Assembly: GCF_009914755.1 (NCBI RefSeq)
Contig: NC_060925.1
DNA from: the human T2T-CHM13v2.0 reference genome, Homo sapiens
Reading direction: 5' to 3' (one strand)
Length of the DNA stretch: 64,000 bases
Within the stretch, counting starts at the first letter, position 1. The number at the start of each line of letters is the position of its first letter. The position numbers and the translations under genes were made by a program. The notes beneath the pieces are model-generated. The model saw only the letters and a program-made list of their open reading frames with translations, was not told the origin of the DNA and did not search any database. Shown here in pieces: positions 26,401 to 41,268 of this stretch.

Positions 26401-27929
26401 GCACAGAGGGCCCACTTTGAGGTTTGTGGTCATGAATTTAAAGTGCAAACAACCAGAATAGTTGTGTTTTTCTTCAGTCTTGTTCAGCTACTTGGTAAGA
26501 GGTATGGAATAGACAGAGAGTTAGATTTAACAGGTTTGGGGTTTTGTCAGGTGAGTACTGACAGTGAGAAAGGGGCAAGGCAGGGATTAGAGTGGTGAGA
26601 AATTAAGATATAAAGGTAATTGATGCATGCTTTAAAAAAAAGTGTTAGGTTCAGTGGTCTAATCCACTTAGTGGCCTAAGATAGGGTCAATCTAATCCAC
26701 TGAGCCTATCTTCCCTGTTTGGGAAGAAGTATTAAGAATGGAGGTATTAGGGGAATTGATCCAGAAATAGAAAGGGTTGTTCAGATTATGAGATGCTTGG
26801 AATTGAGATCTTAAGGCTTAAGGTGTGATTATAGGGGCAGAAGATAAGCTTAGCATATAGAGACCTGATGATGGGTGGATTGCCCACATGGATAATTTAA
26901 ATCAAGAATAATGAAAAGAGTAGAGGTGGAAAGATAATAAGCCCATTACCAAATTTTTCAGTGACTGAAGGGGGGCAATCAGGAATTGTAACCCTGGTAA
27001 TCAAGATGGGTAGAGGGTGTAATGATCTAATGGCACGGGCCTTAAGGAAACTGTGCTGTAGGGAAGAAGTAGTAGGAACTGTGATAAATAGTGGTAGTGA
27101 CAAGCAAGAAGGACATCTGCCTCACCACAAGCCCCAACAGTACTGGAGTGTAGGAGAGAAAACGGCGCTTCTTAATAGTGCTCTAGGGAAGACAGTGCCC
27201 TCCATTGGTCAGTTTTCAGGTAGAGCATGAACATGCTATGTGGCTATTTAGAGAAGAGGCTGAGGATTTAATGAAATTGCATATTTAAAAGTAGTTTTTT
27301 TAATTATGGGAATAATTATGTTGACAAAGAAACTTGGTAAAATATAGAAAAAGATAAGGAAAAATTACCATAAGAGACCCATGTTAATATTTTTGTGGGT
27401 TTTCTTTTGGATTTTTTCTTTTATTCTGAGATTATTTTATTTTATTTTTCATAATATTTTTGTTTGTATTATGCATATGACATATTCTTTGTAAGAAAAT
27501 TTTTAATAGTTTTCTGATTATAAAATATGATCATGGTAGAAAATTTTGAAAATAGTGGAAAGCATATGAAGTAAAGAAAAACTAGGATCACAACACGCAG
27601 AGGTCACATAACCACTGTTAGCAGTATTTCTTTACAATCATTTTTAGGCACATTTTTAAAAAAATTATTGAACTTCTACTATATGTAGATTATTAAGCTT
27701 GGTCAGCATCAGAGAGCATTCACAGGTTTCAGATGAAAGGTAATAGTATAGTCATTATTTTAAGTCAATATTAAGTTTTGGATGACTAAGTTGTCAGCAA
27801 AGGCTTAGATTCAATGGTAATAAATGACAACAAGGTACAGAGCAACACATAAGAAAAATTCTTGTAAAAGGTCTGTGTCTAAACTACGCATTTATCTTTA
27901 CATGTATGAGGGAGAAACTATATATAGAG

Positions 27930-27956
27930 AGTGTGTGTGTGTGTGTGTGTGCGTGC
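27930..27956. repeat. (TG)n microsatellite
   Basis: TG run preceded by short TA/GA runs. Confidence 0.9.
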
Positions 27957-30947
27957 CTGTACACACCAGATCCCAATTAGCATTCATATATATAGAGAAT
28001 ATATTTCCCAGAATGTTAATTGGCTCTCTCTGGGTAGTGTAATTTTAAAATTACATCTCTTGCCTAATTTCTCTATGGTAACATTTTTGACTTAGACTTT
28101 AAAAAAGCATAAGTTTTTTAATGAAAGTCAGTTAAAAAGTAGCTCCAAAGTACAAAATAAAGAAATTCTAGTTCAGCATTTTTTTCATTTAAAAAAGAAA
28201 ACAAACTGAATTTATTTAAATGTACACCTGATAAAGAACTATTTGCAAGGAGATCACTCTGAGATGTTTTTCAAATTGGTAAAAATTTGCCTGATTTTAG
28301 GAAATAGTGAAAACTCTTAAAAAATCAACTAAATAGAGTATAAAGAAGTATTTTTCCCTACCATTAATTTTTATATATTCAGTATTTGCAGTTCATCAAT
28401 AGCAAGAGAAATAGTGGCACTTCTTTTAAATTCTCTGGGTCTACTGCTGCTCAGTTGAAAACGTGCCATGGAAATATATGTCTATCCCTTCTAGCTTGCC
28501 CAGCGTTCCATTTTCACTTCCACAGTGAAAGTTATTTCTTAGAAAAAGACAGGTTTTTTTTTTTCAACATTTTCTACACAGACAAAGGGTGATAATAAAT
28601 TTTGGGGTAAAACTGAGTTGTATTGTGATGAATTTTGTTTTGCAATGAAAAACAGGAGAATGAATATAATGTAAGAGTGTGATTTTTTATTTTCTGAAAA
28701 TATGATTCCTATAAGAGCTTTCAGAGTAGTTCTGCTCCTTTTTTCCCTAAGGTGAGTTGGGATAGAAGATGAATTCATAACTTAGAATGCAGAAATCTGA
28801 ACAATTAGTTGTAGCTTTGAATCTCACTGCAGTTTAGAGACGAGGCAATTTACATAGATCTGTAGCTTGATTTTTTTTTATTCACTTAAATGAAAGGGTT
28901 ACCTATGCATGATGGATAATTATAAAACTAAGCAGGATATAGAAATATACTTTGTTACTGGTGTGATATTTCTGAAGCCTTGCTAGATTTTTTTAAAAAA
29001 ATCAATTTTCTGCAACTCACCAGTTACCATCTTGTGGTGCTTTGTACTTTTATATACATATATATATACATACCACAAAATCATTTGTAAGTACAAAGAA
29101 AAGCTTTTTAACCAAAAACAAGTCTTTTTGTTAGGTCTAAAATTTTAAAATAGCAGCTTAATTTTAGAGGAAACAAATTTTTAGAGGCAAACTGAGGTAC
29201 AGACTTTAGAAATGATAAATAATGGTCTGTATAAAATAGAATGTATACTAATGGAAACAAAATTATAAACTTGAAATTCTAAATTATAAGAAATCATCAT
29301 TGTTCATGAATATAGGATTTAGACCCTGTACTGATTTTGATAAATCTTGTTGATTTCATATTTAAATAGAAAGAGTTGAATAGAATAAATTTGTGGCCTG
29401 TATTAAGCAAAAAGTAAGCATTTTTTTTTTTAATATGTAGAAAGTTACCATATGACAAATTCTGGAGATTTTACTTTTTTCAAAATTGTTTTTGGGTGTT
29501 CCCTAACAATTTCCTTTGTGGTTTGCCTTTCAAGTGGTTATAATTTGTGAACTATTACTTTTGGGGACTAAGATAAACAGTTTACCAAGATTTTAACTTG
29601 CTGCTTGTATATGTGCCCATATTGTAAAATTGAACATATGGGAACATTATTGCATAGTTATTGTATTCTTTAATCATGCATAAAACCATCATAGTAAGAA
29701 CATTTATAAAAACTGATTAGTCTAACAGCCTTTCTCAATTGGGAAAGAACACCCTAATACTATAAAGCCTCAATTTGTATGGAATTATTAACTTCTTACC
29801 TATGTATCTAGAAAATTACAGTTATGTATTATCCTTGGGGCAATTGAGAAATAGTCGCTAAAATCATTTTCTGTGTTCATTGGTTCAGATGAGGAACCCT
29901 AGTTAAAGGCTGGCAGAGGGTTTTATAATACTGGAAAGAACACAGTGAGCATAGTAATGGTAAACAGAATTTTGAACTTAAGAACCTAATTATGTAAGAA
30001 TATCATTCAGCAAAAATTCGGTAGTTTTTATTGAAACATCTGCTTTGTCCTCAACACTTTCTTAGGATCTGAGGATACAGTATCAGGTATTAATTCAGTA
30101 CAACTACCAATAAACTGCCATTAAGTATATTTTAAAAATTCCTGACTTAAGCAAAATCTCCACTCATTTCCTCTCTCTGCCATTACATTACTACACACAT
30201 AAACACACACATGCACAATTCGTAAATATGCCTTAACTGTCAATGCCTCCAAAAGGTTGTAACTGCTAGTATTAGAGATAAGGTTATCTCCTGGCCAATG
30301 AAGAGGGAGCAGGGTTTTTGGTTACTAGGATTGCTTACTGGATTTTATTTTCCATGCTCTTATTTGAAACTCACTGAGTATTTTTTTTTAATTTTTACTG
30401 TTCAGTTACCAGAATTTAGTACCAGAGTTTAGTACTGTGCTCTTATTAAAATATTCACTGTAAAACCTAACTGCTTTTTGCATTGTTTCTTGTGGGAAAT
30501 CGGTGATTTTTAAACAGCCAACTTAAAAATACCTTAAAATACTACCAATTTGTAAATTAGGAGTCTATTTGTAAACTGGATTTGTAAATTGGAGTTAAAG
30601 TGTTCTGAGATACCATCTTCCAATCAGAGTTATTCAGGAATTCATTGTTGAAATGTATTTGGTTTCTTTTAAACATCAAACATACTGTATTATTTTTTCC
30701 TTTACCCTAAAGCCAAAAACTCCTCAAAAAGTCAAATAAGAAGAGCTGTGTACAAACACCAGAGTGTGCTATTTCTGCTTTTAATCTAACCCTACCATTT
30801 TTGTTGTTGCTATATTTGAACTGTAGTTTTTCTAAGAAATGTTGTATGTTTCATCATTGACTTTATTGGAGTATAAAAGCTAAAATGAAGGGAGAAATTT
30901 AAAAATCAGAGTGTTATTCCTTTTCCACAAAAGTTTTAGAACGGTTA

Positions 30948-31419
<472 letters not shown>

Positions 31420-31714
31420 TTAAAAATCAAGCCAACACTTTTTCCTTTTTATTTATGCCTTATCATTGTTTGATATGGGATTGCTTGGTTTGTGTAGGTT
31501 CATTTAAGGAAACTTACTGGGAGTGTGTTAGAGTGTTCTAGAGAAGTGGAATACAAAGATCTCACCAAGTAATATGAGAGAGAGAAACCTATACACAAAT
31601 AAAAACAATACAGAGCTAGACTATAAAAATGAACAAGGTACAGTATAGATGGTAATTTAATCAAGGGCCCCCTCTTCTAAAATTGTTGATGTCTTACCTC
31701 TGTTTACAGAATAA

Positions 31715-32110
<396 letters not shown>

Positions 32111-32248
32111 ACCACAATTTTTTTTAGCTTTATCACTTGTTATTTATGGAAGATACTCTCTATACTTTGCTGCCCCTGTACCTTTGCTCATAGTATTCTT
32201 ATCTTGATGCCTTTCTTCCTCATGATTCCCATCATTGTCCTAACAATT

Positions 32249-32694
32249 TTTTTTTTAATTTTTTTTATTATACTTTAAGTTCTAGGGTACATGTGCACAA
32301 CATGCAGGTTTGTTACATATGTGTACATGTGCCATGTTGGTGTGCTGCACCCATTAACTTGTCATTTACATTAGGTATATCTCCTAATGCTATCCCTCCC
32401 CACTCCCCCCACTCTACTACAGGCCCCAGTGTGTGATGTTCCCCTTCCTGTGTCCAAGTGTTCTCATTGTTCAGTCCCCACCTATGAGTGAGAACATGCG
32501 GTGTTTGGTTTTTTGTCCTTGCGATAGTTTGTTGAGAATGGTGGTTTCCAGCTTCATCCATGTCCCTACAAAGGACATGAACTCATCCTTTTTTATGGCT
32601 GCATAGTATTCCATGGTGTATATGTACCACATTTTCTTAATCCAGTCTATCATTGTTGGACCTTTGGGTTGGTTCCAAGTCTTTGCTGGAGGCA
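32249..32694 (-). mobile_element. 5'-truncated L1PA (3' ~440 bp)
   Basis: L1PA 3'UTR and ORF2 end (WIKKMWYIYTMEYYAAIKKDEFMSF); 13-bp TSD tgtcctaacaatt at 32236-32248 and 32695-32707. Confidence 0.95.
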
Positions 32695-33471
32695 TGTCCT
32701 AACAATTCTTTAAGGTTCAGTTCTAATACTGTTTCTTCCATGAAGCCTTTTCTTCCATTTCTAAACTGTTTGTTTTTACCTTTAAATTTGTCAAGTTATT
32801 GTTTTCATAAATGGTGGCATAGTGTATCTCTATATACATACGTGTACATACCAGTACATGAGCATAGGACTGAGTCTTGTTCAGCTCTGTATCATATCAT
32901 TGTGCTTGGTGCACAGTAATATTTGTGGAATTTTGGTGACCTAGATTGAGATTCAGCAGGCTTGACTTGTAGTTCTGGCTTTGTGACACTCAAGTTTCTG
33001 GACCCCTCTGTTTTCTCAAGTGTGGATTTTTGACTTTATTCTAATTTTCATGGTTGTACAAATAAGTACCACTTCATGGAGTGTTTACACATGATACCTT
33101 TAGCATGTTAAAAGCCAAGGCTAATAATGGAAAATAAGAATTCTCAGAATATGGCCTACTTCAAGGATATAGAGACAGGAAGTTATCAGGACCTGAGAAC
33201 AGAGATTACTAGAAAGTAGAAATTAAATATTGCACACTTAGAGAAGGCAATAAGGGGCCATTTAGGTTATGAACTATAAGAATATAGGACTCTCATCTTT
33301 TCTTTGCTCTATTATCCAGATAAACTGCTTAGATATTTTCATATTATGGTAAAAAGAATAAGGAAGTCAGAGGTTACATCTTCTTAAGGTGTGGAAATAT
33401 AATATTTTCCTAAGAAACTATTTAAACTATCTCTTTGTGTAAATGGAAGAAGCAGAACACATCTAGTGAGG

Positions 33472-33744
33472 ATACACATAGATTATCTGTATCTATATCA
33501 ATACCTATATATATATATATTTATATATATAAATGTATGTAGGAATGCTTGTGTAGCTCTTCATTTTTGCTTAGCATTTTACATGTTCTTGTAATTTGTT
33601 TACCTTCTCAGTATTGCTGAGAAATAAATCAATGTTAAAAGCAAATAAAAATCTGCTATTACTACCTACAGACATACTATGTACCCATGTAAGAAACTGC
33701 TCAATTGCAAGTTTTTGTCAATAATTCAGAACATCTGTGGGAAG
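33472..33744 (+). repeat. Donor copy of a local ~250-bp duplication
   Basis: about 94% identical to 35845-36091 (13 mismatches in ~210 aligned nt, hand count). Confidence 0.95.
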
Positions 33745-33854
33745 ATCGCTTGAGCTTGGGAAGTCGAGGCTGCAGTGAGTCGTGATCACGCCACTGCCAC
33801 TGCACTCCAGCCTGGGTGACAGACCAAGACTCTGTCCCACAAAAAGAAAAAAAA
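33737..33854 (+). mobile_element. 5'-truncated AluJ right-arm fragment
   Basis: gtgggaagatcgcttgagc ... gaggctgcagtgag ... agactctgtc(A)n. Confidence 0.88.
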
Positions 33855-35419
33855 ATTCAGTGCCATGATTTTCTATTTTTAGCTCATATTTGAAGCTTCA
33901 AACTATTTGTGTTTAATATATGCTAATCAAAGCCTTCCCACTACAAATTTAGCTCATTTATTTTTAGAAATACCCTCTATATAACCTAATTGTCAGAACT
34001 AGCCTTCATTGTCAACCCAATCAGTCAAATCATACTTTCAGAGAAAGTTCTTTCTGTCAGAGAAAGTCTTGCTTCATTTTTCAGTTACACAAATGACAAC
34101 CGTCTTTTGACTGCATCAAAACCTGGGTTCCTCACATAGTACTTTTTATAGGCATGAATTCTAGTATGTTTCTAATAGTTACATCCAGTGCTTTATGCAA
34201 GTCAGTTTAAACTTTTCAGAAACCAAAACTAGTTCTTTTTACGATTTTTGCTACAATCTGGTGAAGTGTGTCTTCTGCCATTTTATGCATTTTATGAAGC
34301 AGAGTGGTTTTGGAATAGGGAATGGAGCTATAGTGATAGACTTGGTGACTAACTTATTTTTGGCTATCACCTATGCACTGGAATAATCACTATCAAATGT
34401 GATTTCTTAACTATCATAGTGAGTGACAATACTTTATATGAGGTTTTTAAAGCCAACTTTGATGATGGCTTGGAATTGTTCAAGCTGTTTACTGTTTTTT
34501 AACCAATACTCCCAGCTTTCCTCTAAAAAAAATTAATAGCTTTATTTTAAGGTCTGTATATTGTGTAAATAAATGACATTAAAGAGATACGGGTTTTTAC
34601 TATTGTTTGACAAAGGTTTCTTGGGACTTCTCTCAGGAGTGACATATTCTTTGTCAGTATCTGGGGGACAATAGAAGAGGGATTATTACTAAACCTATCA
34701 TTACTTTAGTCATCCCACTTTACAATATGTCTGAACTCAGAACGTTCCTAATATATGGGCCAGAATACCTTGTTCCTAATACCACTCTTTGCCCTTAATA
34801 GGAATTACATAAAACAGAGAAGCCATAAAACTATACCTCAGGTTTATGAGCAGAGACAAAGGGTTTTATTAAAGGCTTACCAGATACCAATATTTTAAAT
34901 TGTCTTCTTTTCATTTTTCTTTTTTTTTTTTCTACTCCAGTGATTTTCAAACTCTGGCACAGTTTACCATAGTAGTATTTTCTATGGGTGAATTACATGC
35001 TTTTCTTTTGTCAAGCGGCTGAAGTGGTAATTGTGAAATGGGAGGGGAGCAATAGAGAACTTACTAATTTACTAGACCAATTGTCTCAGTCTGGTGTCTG
35101 GTCAGTTTTGGAATGAGTACCTATGGAAGTGGAGGATCTGATATTTTATTCTCTTATAACTATTCTAAACATCTTTCAGAAAGTATATGGGTATCCCCAA
35201 GGGTATTTTTTTGTGATTAATGTCACCAGAATTGTGAAATGTAGTACACACTCCTATATGTACTCTTAATTTGAAGACTCCTGCCCTAAGTCTCAGTGGT
35301 ACCAAATTGTTTGCACTTTTTAGAGCATGTTAAGTTAGCTTATACCTCTGTATCTCTGCTCATCAAGTATCTTTTCCTTAGAAAATCTTGCCTACTAATG
35401 TCTACCTTTTCAAAATAAT

Positions 35420-37125
35420 TGTGATAAGCATAATATAAAATTTACCATCTTAATCACTGTTAAGTATACAGTTCAGTGGCATTAAGTACAGTCACATTGT
35501 TGTGCTGCCATCACTGCCATCCATCCACAGAACTCTTTTCATGTTGCAGAACTGAAATTCTGTAACCATTAAGCAATAACTCCCAATTCACCCTGCACCT
35601 CAGCCCCTAGCAACCACTATTTTTTCTGTCTCTATGAAGTTGTGAAATATATAAGTGGTACCTTATAAAAGTAGAGTCATACAATATTTGGCCTTTTGTG
35701 ACTAGTTTATTTCACTTACAATAATGTCCTCAAGTTTCATTCACTTTGTAGTATATGTCAGAATACCCTTTCTTTTTAAGACTGAATGATTCCACTTCTG
35801 AATATTTACTTATACACATAGATTTAGTATATTTACTCATACTCATACACATAGATTATCTGTATCTATATCTATATCTATGCATGTAGGAATGCCTGTG
35901 TAGCTCTTCATTTTTGCTTAGCATTTTACATGTTCTTATTATTTATTTACCTTCTCAGTATTCCTAAGAAATAAATCAATGTTAAAAGTAAATAAAAATC
36001 TGCTATTACTACCTGCAGACATACTATGTACCCATGTAAGAAACTGCTCAATTGCAAATTTGTGTCAATAATTCAAAACATCTGTGGGAGGTTTTGAATT
36101 ATTTATTTAAACATCTGAGTATTTACTTGGAAGTGGAATTGCTGGATCATATGGTAATTCTGTTTTTAATTTTTTGAGAAACTGCCATGCTCTTTTCCAT
36201 AGCTGCCACACCAGTTTACATTTTCACCTACAATGCAGAAGGGTTGTAATTTCTCCACATGCTTTCCAAAACTTGTTATTTTCTGTTTTGTTTTGTTTTT
36301 GTTTTTATTTTTGTTTTTTGTTTCTGTTTTTATCTACCAGAAAACCCATTAACGTAATGCGTATCAAGTGGTCTTATTGTTTTGATTTGCATTTCCCTAA
36401 TGATTACTGATGTTGAACATTTTTTCTTGTACTTATTGGCCATTTTGTATATCTTTGGGAAAATGTCTATTCAAATACTTTGTCCATTTTTAAATTGTTT
36501 GTTGTTGTTGAATTGTGGGTGTTCTTTATATATTCTGGATATTAACTCTTTATCAGATGTATAATATGCAGATATTTTCTCTTTTTCCATGATTTGCCTT
36601 AATTTTCATGTTTTTTCTTTTGTTTCCTAAGCTTTTGGTGTCATATCTGAGAAATCAACCAAACCAATGTCATGAAGCTTTCTCCTATGTTTTCTTCTAA
36701 GAGTTTTATAGTTTTAGGTCTTACATTTTATTCTGAGTTAATTTTTATATATGGTGTGAGGTAAGGGTCCAGCTTCCTTCTTTTGCATGTAAAAATCCAG
36801 TTTTCCCATCACCAGTTATTGAGAAGTCTGTCCTTTCCCCATTGAATTGCCTTGGCATCTATGTTGAAAACCATTTAACCATGTATGTCAGAGTTTATTT
36901 CTGGGCTGTCTGTTCTATCCCAGTGGTCTATATGTCTGTTTTTATGTCAGTGCCACACTGTTTTTATTGCTTTGTAGTAACTTGAAATTAGGAAGTGTGA
37001 GACCTGCAACCTTGTTCTTTTTCAAGATTGTTTTGACTATTATGGGTTTCTTGAGATCCCATAGGAATTTTAAGATAGATTTTTCTATTTCTAGAAAAAA
37101 ATGTCACTGGGATTTTGATAGGTAG
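35420..37125 (-). mobile_element. Old L1M (L1MB-like) 3' portion, interrupted at ~35797-36113
   Basis: aagtatacagttcagtggcattaagtaca; aagtggaattgctggatcatatggta; gatttgcatttccctaatg; ORF2-end homology. Confidence 0.88.
35845..36091 (+). repeat. Inserted copy of 33472-33744
   Basis: direct repeat ~2.37 kb downstream of the donor, embedded in the L1M. Confidence 0.95.
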
Positions 37126-37309
37126 CTAATGTCTACCTTTTGAATACCTCTTATAAAATTCATCTCAAGGGGCATCTCCTTTGTGAAGCCTGTTGTAAAC
37201 TACTATATAGAATTAACTGTTTTTTTATTTTGTCCCCTAAGCATTTCTAACATCTATCACACTTCGTTAAACTTACTTGTTTCTTTTTACTAGACTGAAG
37301 AATTGCCAT

Positions 37310-37672
37310 GTGTATTAGTTTTCTGTTGCTGCATAACACATTGCCACAATTTTTCCAGCTTAAAACAATGCTCATTTATTATCTCACAGTTTCTGTGATC
37401 AAGAGTCTGGGCACAGCTTAGTTGTCTCCTCTGTTCAGGGTCTCACAGGACTGCAACTGAAGTGTTGGTTGGGGCCATAGTTTCATCTGAGGCTCAGGAC
37501 CATCTTGCAAGCTTATATGGCTGTTGGCAGAATTTGTTTCATTATAGCTGTGTAACACATAGCAGCTTACCTTTCCAAGGTCAGCAAGAGAGCATCTGAT
37601 CTCAGGGAGAGCTCCAGTCTATCTGTTAAGGGCTTTGCATCTGATTAAATCAGGCTTACCTGGAATAATGTC
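37310..37672. mobile_element. MaLR LTR (MLT1-type)
   Basis: tgtattagttttctgttgctgcataaca, tttattatctcacagtttctgtg. Confidence 0.8.
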
Positions 37673-37679
37673 TCTGTCT

Positions 37680-37860
37680 CTCAATTTCAGCTTTTATTTT
37701 AGATAGAAGGGGTACATGTGCAGGATTGTTACATGGGTATATTGCACCCAGGTAGAGAGAGTATAGTACCCAATAGGTAGTTTTTCAGCCCATCCCCCAC
37801 TCCCTCCTCTCTCTAGTAGTCTGCAGAGTCTGTTGTTCCCATGTTTATGGCCATGTGTAA
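37680..37860 (-). mobile_element. L1PB/old L1PA 3' end fragment
   Basis: ggggtacatgtgcaggattgttacatgggtatattgc; atagtacccaataggtagtttttca. Confidence 0.82.
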
Positions 37861-38391
37861 ATCAATAGATAATTCCTTAACATGATAAATTACATGCATC
37901 ACAGCCCTAAAGTCTAAATCCCTTTCTTAAGGTGTAACACTAGAGGCATTACTACCAAAATAGGGAACTAGACAAGGATTCTCTCTGTTGCCTCTGCTAT
38001 TTAACATAGTATTAGTGATCATTAGCCAGTAACATTAAACAAGAGAAAGTATTTGAGACTTAGAAATTGGAGCAATGGTTTTTTTAATGCCAAGTGTATA
38101 ATTATATGTCTGTAAAGCCCGTGAAAGTTGATGGGAAAACTATGACAGACAATTTAGCAAAGTTACAGATATAAGATTGATATGCAAAAATCAATGTTCT
38201 TTATATATATAAACAAATTCCAACTGAATGATGTAATTAAAGAGAAGACACCTCTTCAGTAGCAACAACAAAGATAACGTAGAGGTTAAATGAGTAAAAT
38301 TTACACAAGGAATTTAAACCCTTTAAAAAACACAGAAGTCGACTCGAACAGAGCCTTTTTTGTCAACTATGACATTTTTGAAGAATCAGCT

Positions 38392-38708
<317 letters not shown>

Positions 38709-39499
38709 TCAATGCTTTTTGTGTTTATTTATAAAAGTTTTAAAATATTCAAATAAAAATACCAGTAGGTCCTTTTATTCTGAGGAGGAAGTAGTAAAAA
38801 TTGATTTTAAAGTTTATAAGGAAAAAACAAACAGGAGGAATAGCCAAGTAAATCCTGGAAAAGAAGATGTAAAATATAAAGCCTTTGTAATGAACATAAT
38901 GAGATACCTGACAGAGCAAGAAGACTAATGGAGCAGATTAGGAGGTCCAGAGATGGGTTTATATATATATAGTGGCTTACTAATGATAAAGACAGCACCT
39001 CAAATCAGTGGAAAAAAGATGGCTTCCCTAAAAACTGGATAGCCATTTGGAAAAAGATAAATTTAGAGCTCTATGTTATACTATATACCCGGAAACATTT
39101 CAAATGGGTTAGTGTTTTAAAAGTAAAACATGAAACCATGCTAGTATTAAAAGAAGGCATGGCTGAAATATTTACGGTAGCATGAGAATATTAAGGGGTA
39201 GCTGTGGCTCAAAACTAGAAAATCAGTAAGAGAAAAGATTAATGAATTAAGCTACATTTTTAAAAAGAAGAATTTTGGCATAAGAAGAAAGCATCATAAG
39301 GAAAGTCACAAGACACAATAAATTAGAGTAAGTATTGGCCACTTAGATCATGAAGGACTAACATTTCTAATATAAAGAGAGCTTCTAAAAATAAAAATGT
39401 AATTTAATTAAGAGACTAACTTCCTGATAGAAAACTGGGTAAAAGTATAAGTTTATTTAAGTTACAGGAAAAGAAATACAAATTTAATGTGATTAATTA

Positions 39500-40892
<1,393 letters not shown>

Positions 40893-41268
40893 ACAAACAA
40901 CTTTTAGAAGAGTAGTTTAGCTCAACGTATAAGGAAGAAATAGAAATTAAAACTGCATTGAGACACCACTTCTTACCCATCAGTAGATAAATGTCCAAAG
41001 GTTTGCATAATCTTTTGGCAAGGCTATGGGTAAAATAGGTACTCTCATACTTTGCTGATAGGAATGAGAATAGTATTAACTCAGAGGAATTGGGCAATGT
41101 CTAGCAAAATTAAATATGCATATACCTTTAATTAAGCAATCACACTTTTGGGAATATATCCCAAAGGCAAATTTGCAAAAAATATAAAAGAACATATCTG
41201 TAAAGTCATTCTTTGTGCCTTTATTTGTAATAGCAAAAGATTGGAAAGAACACAAATGGCCATCTCTA

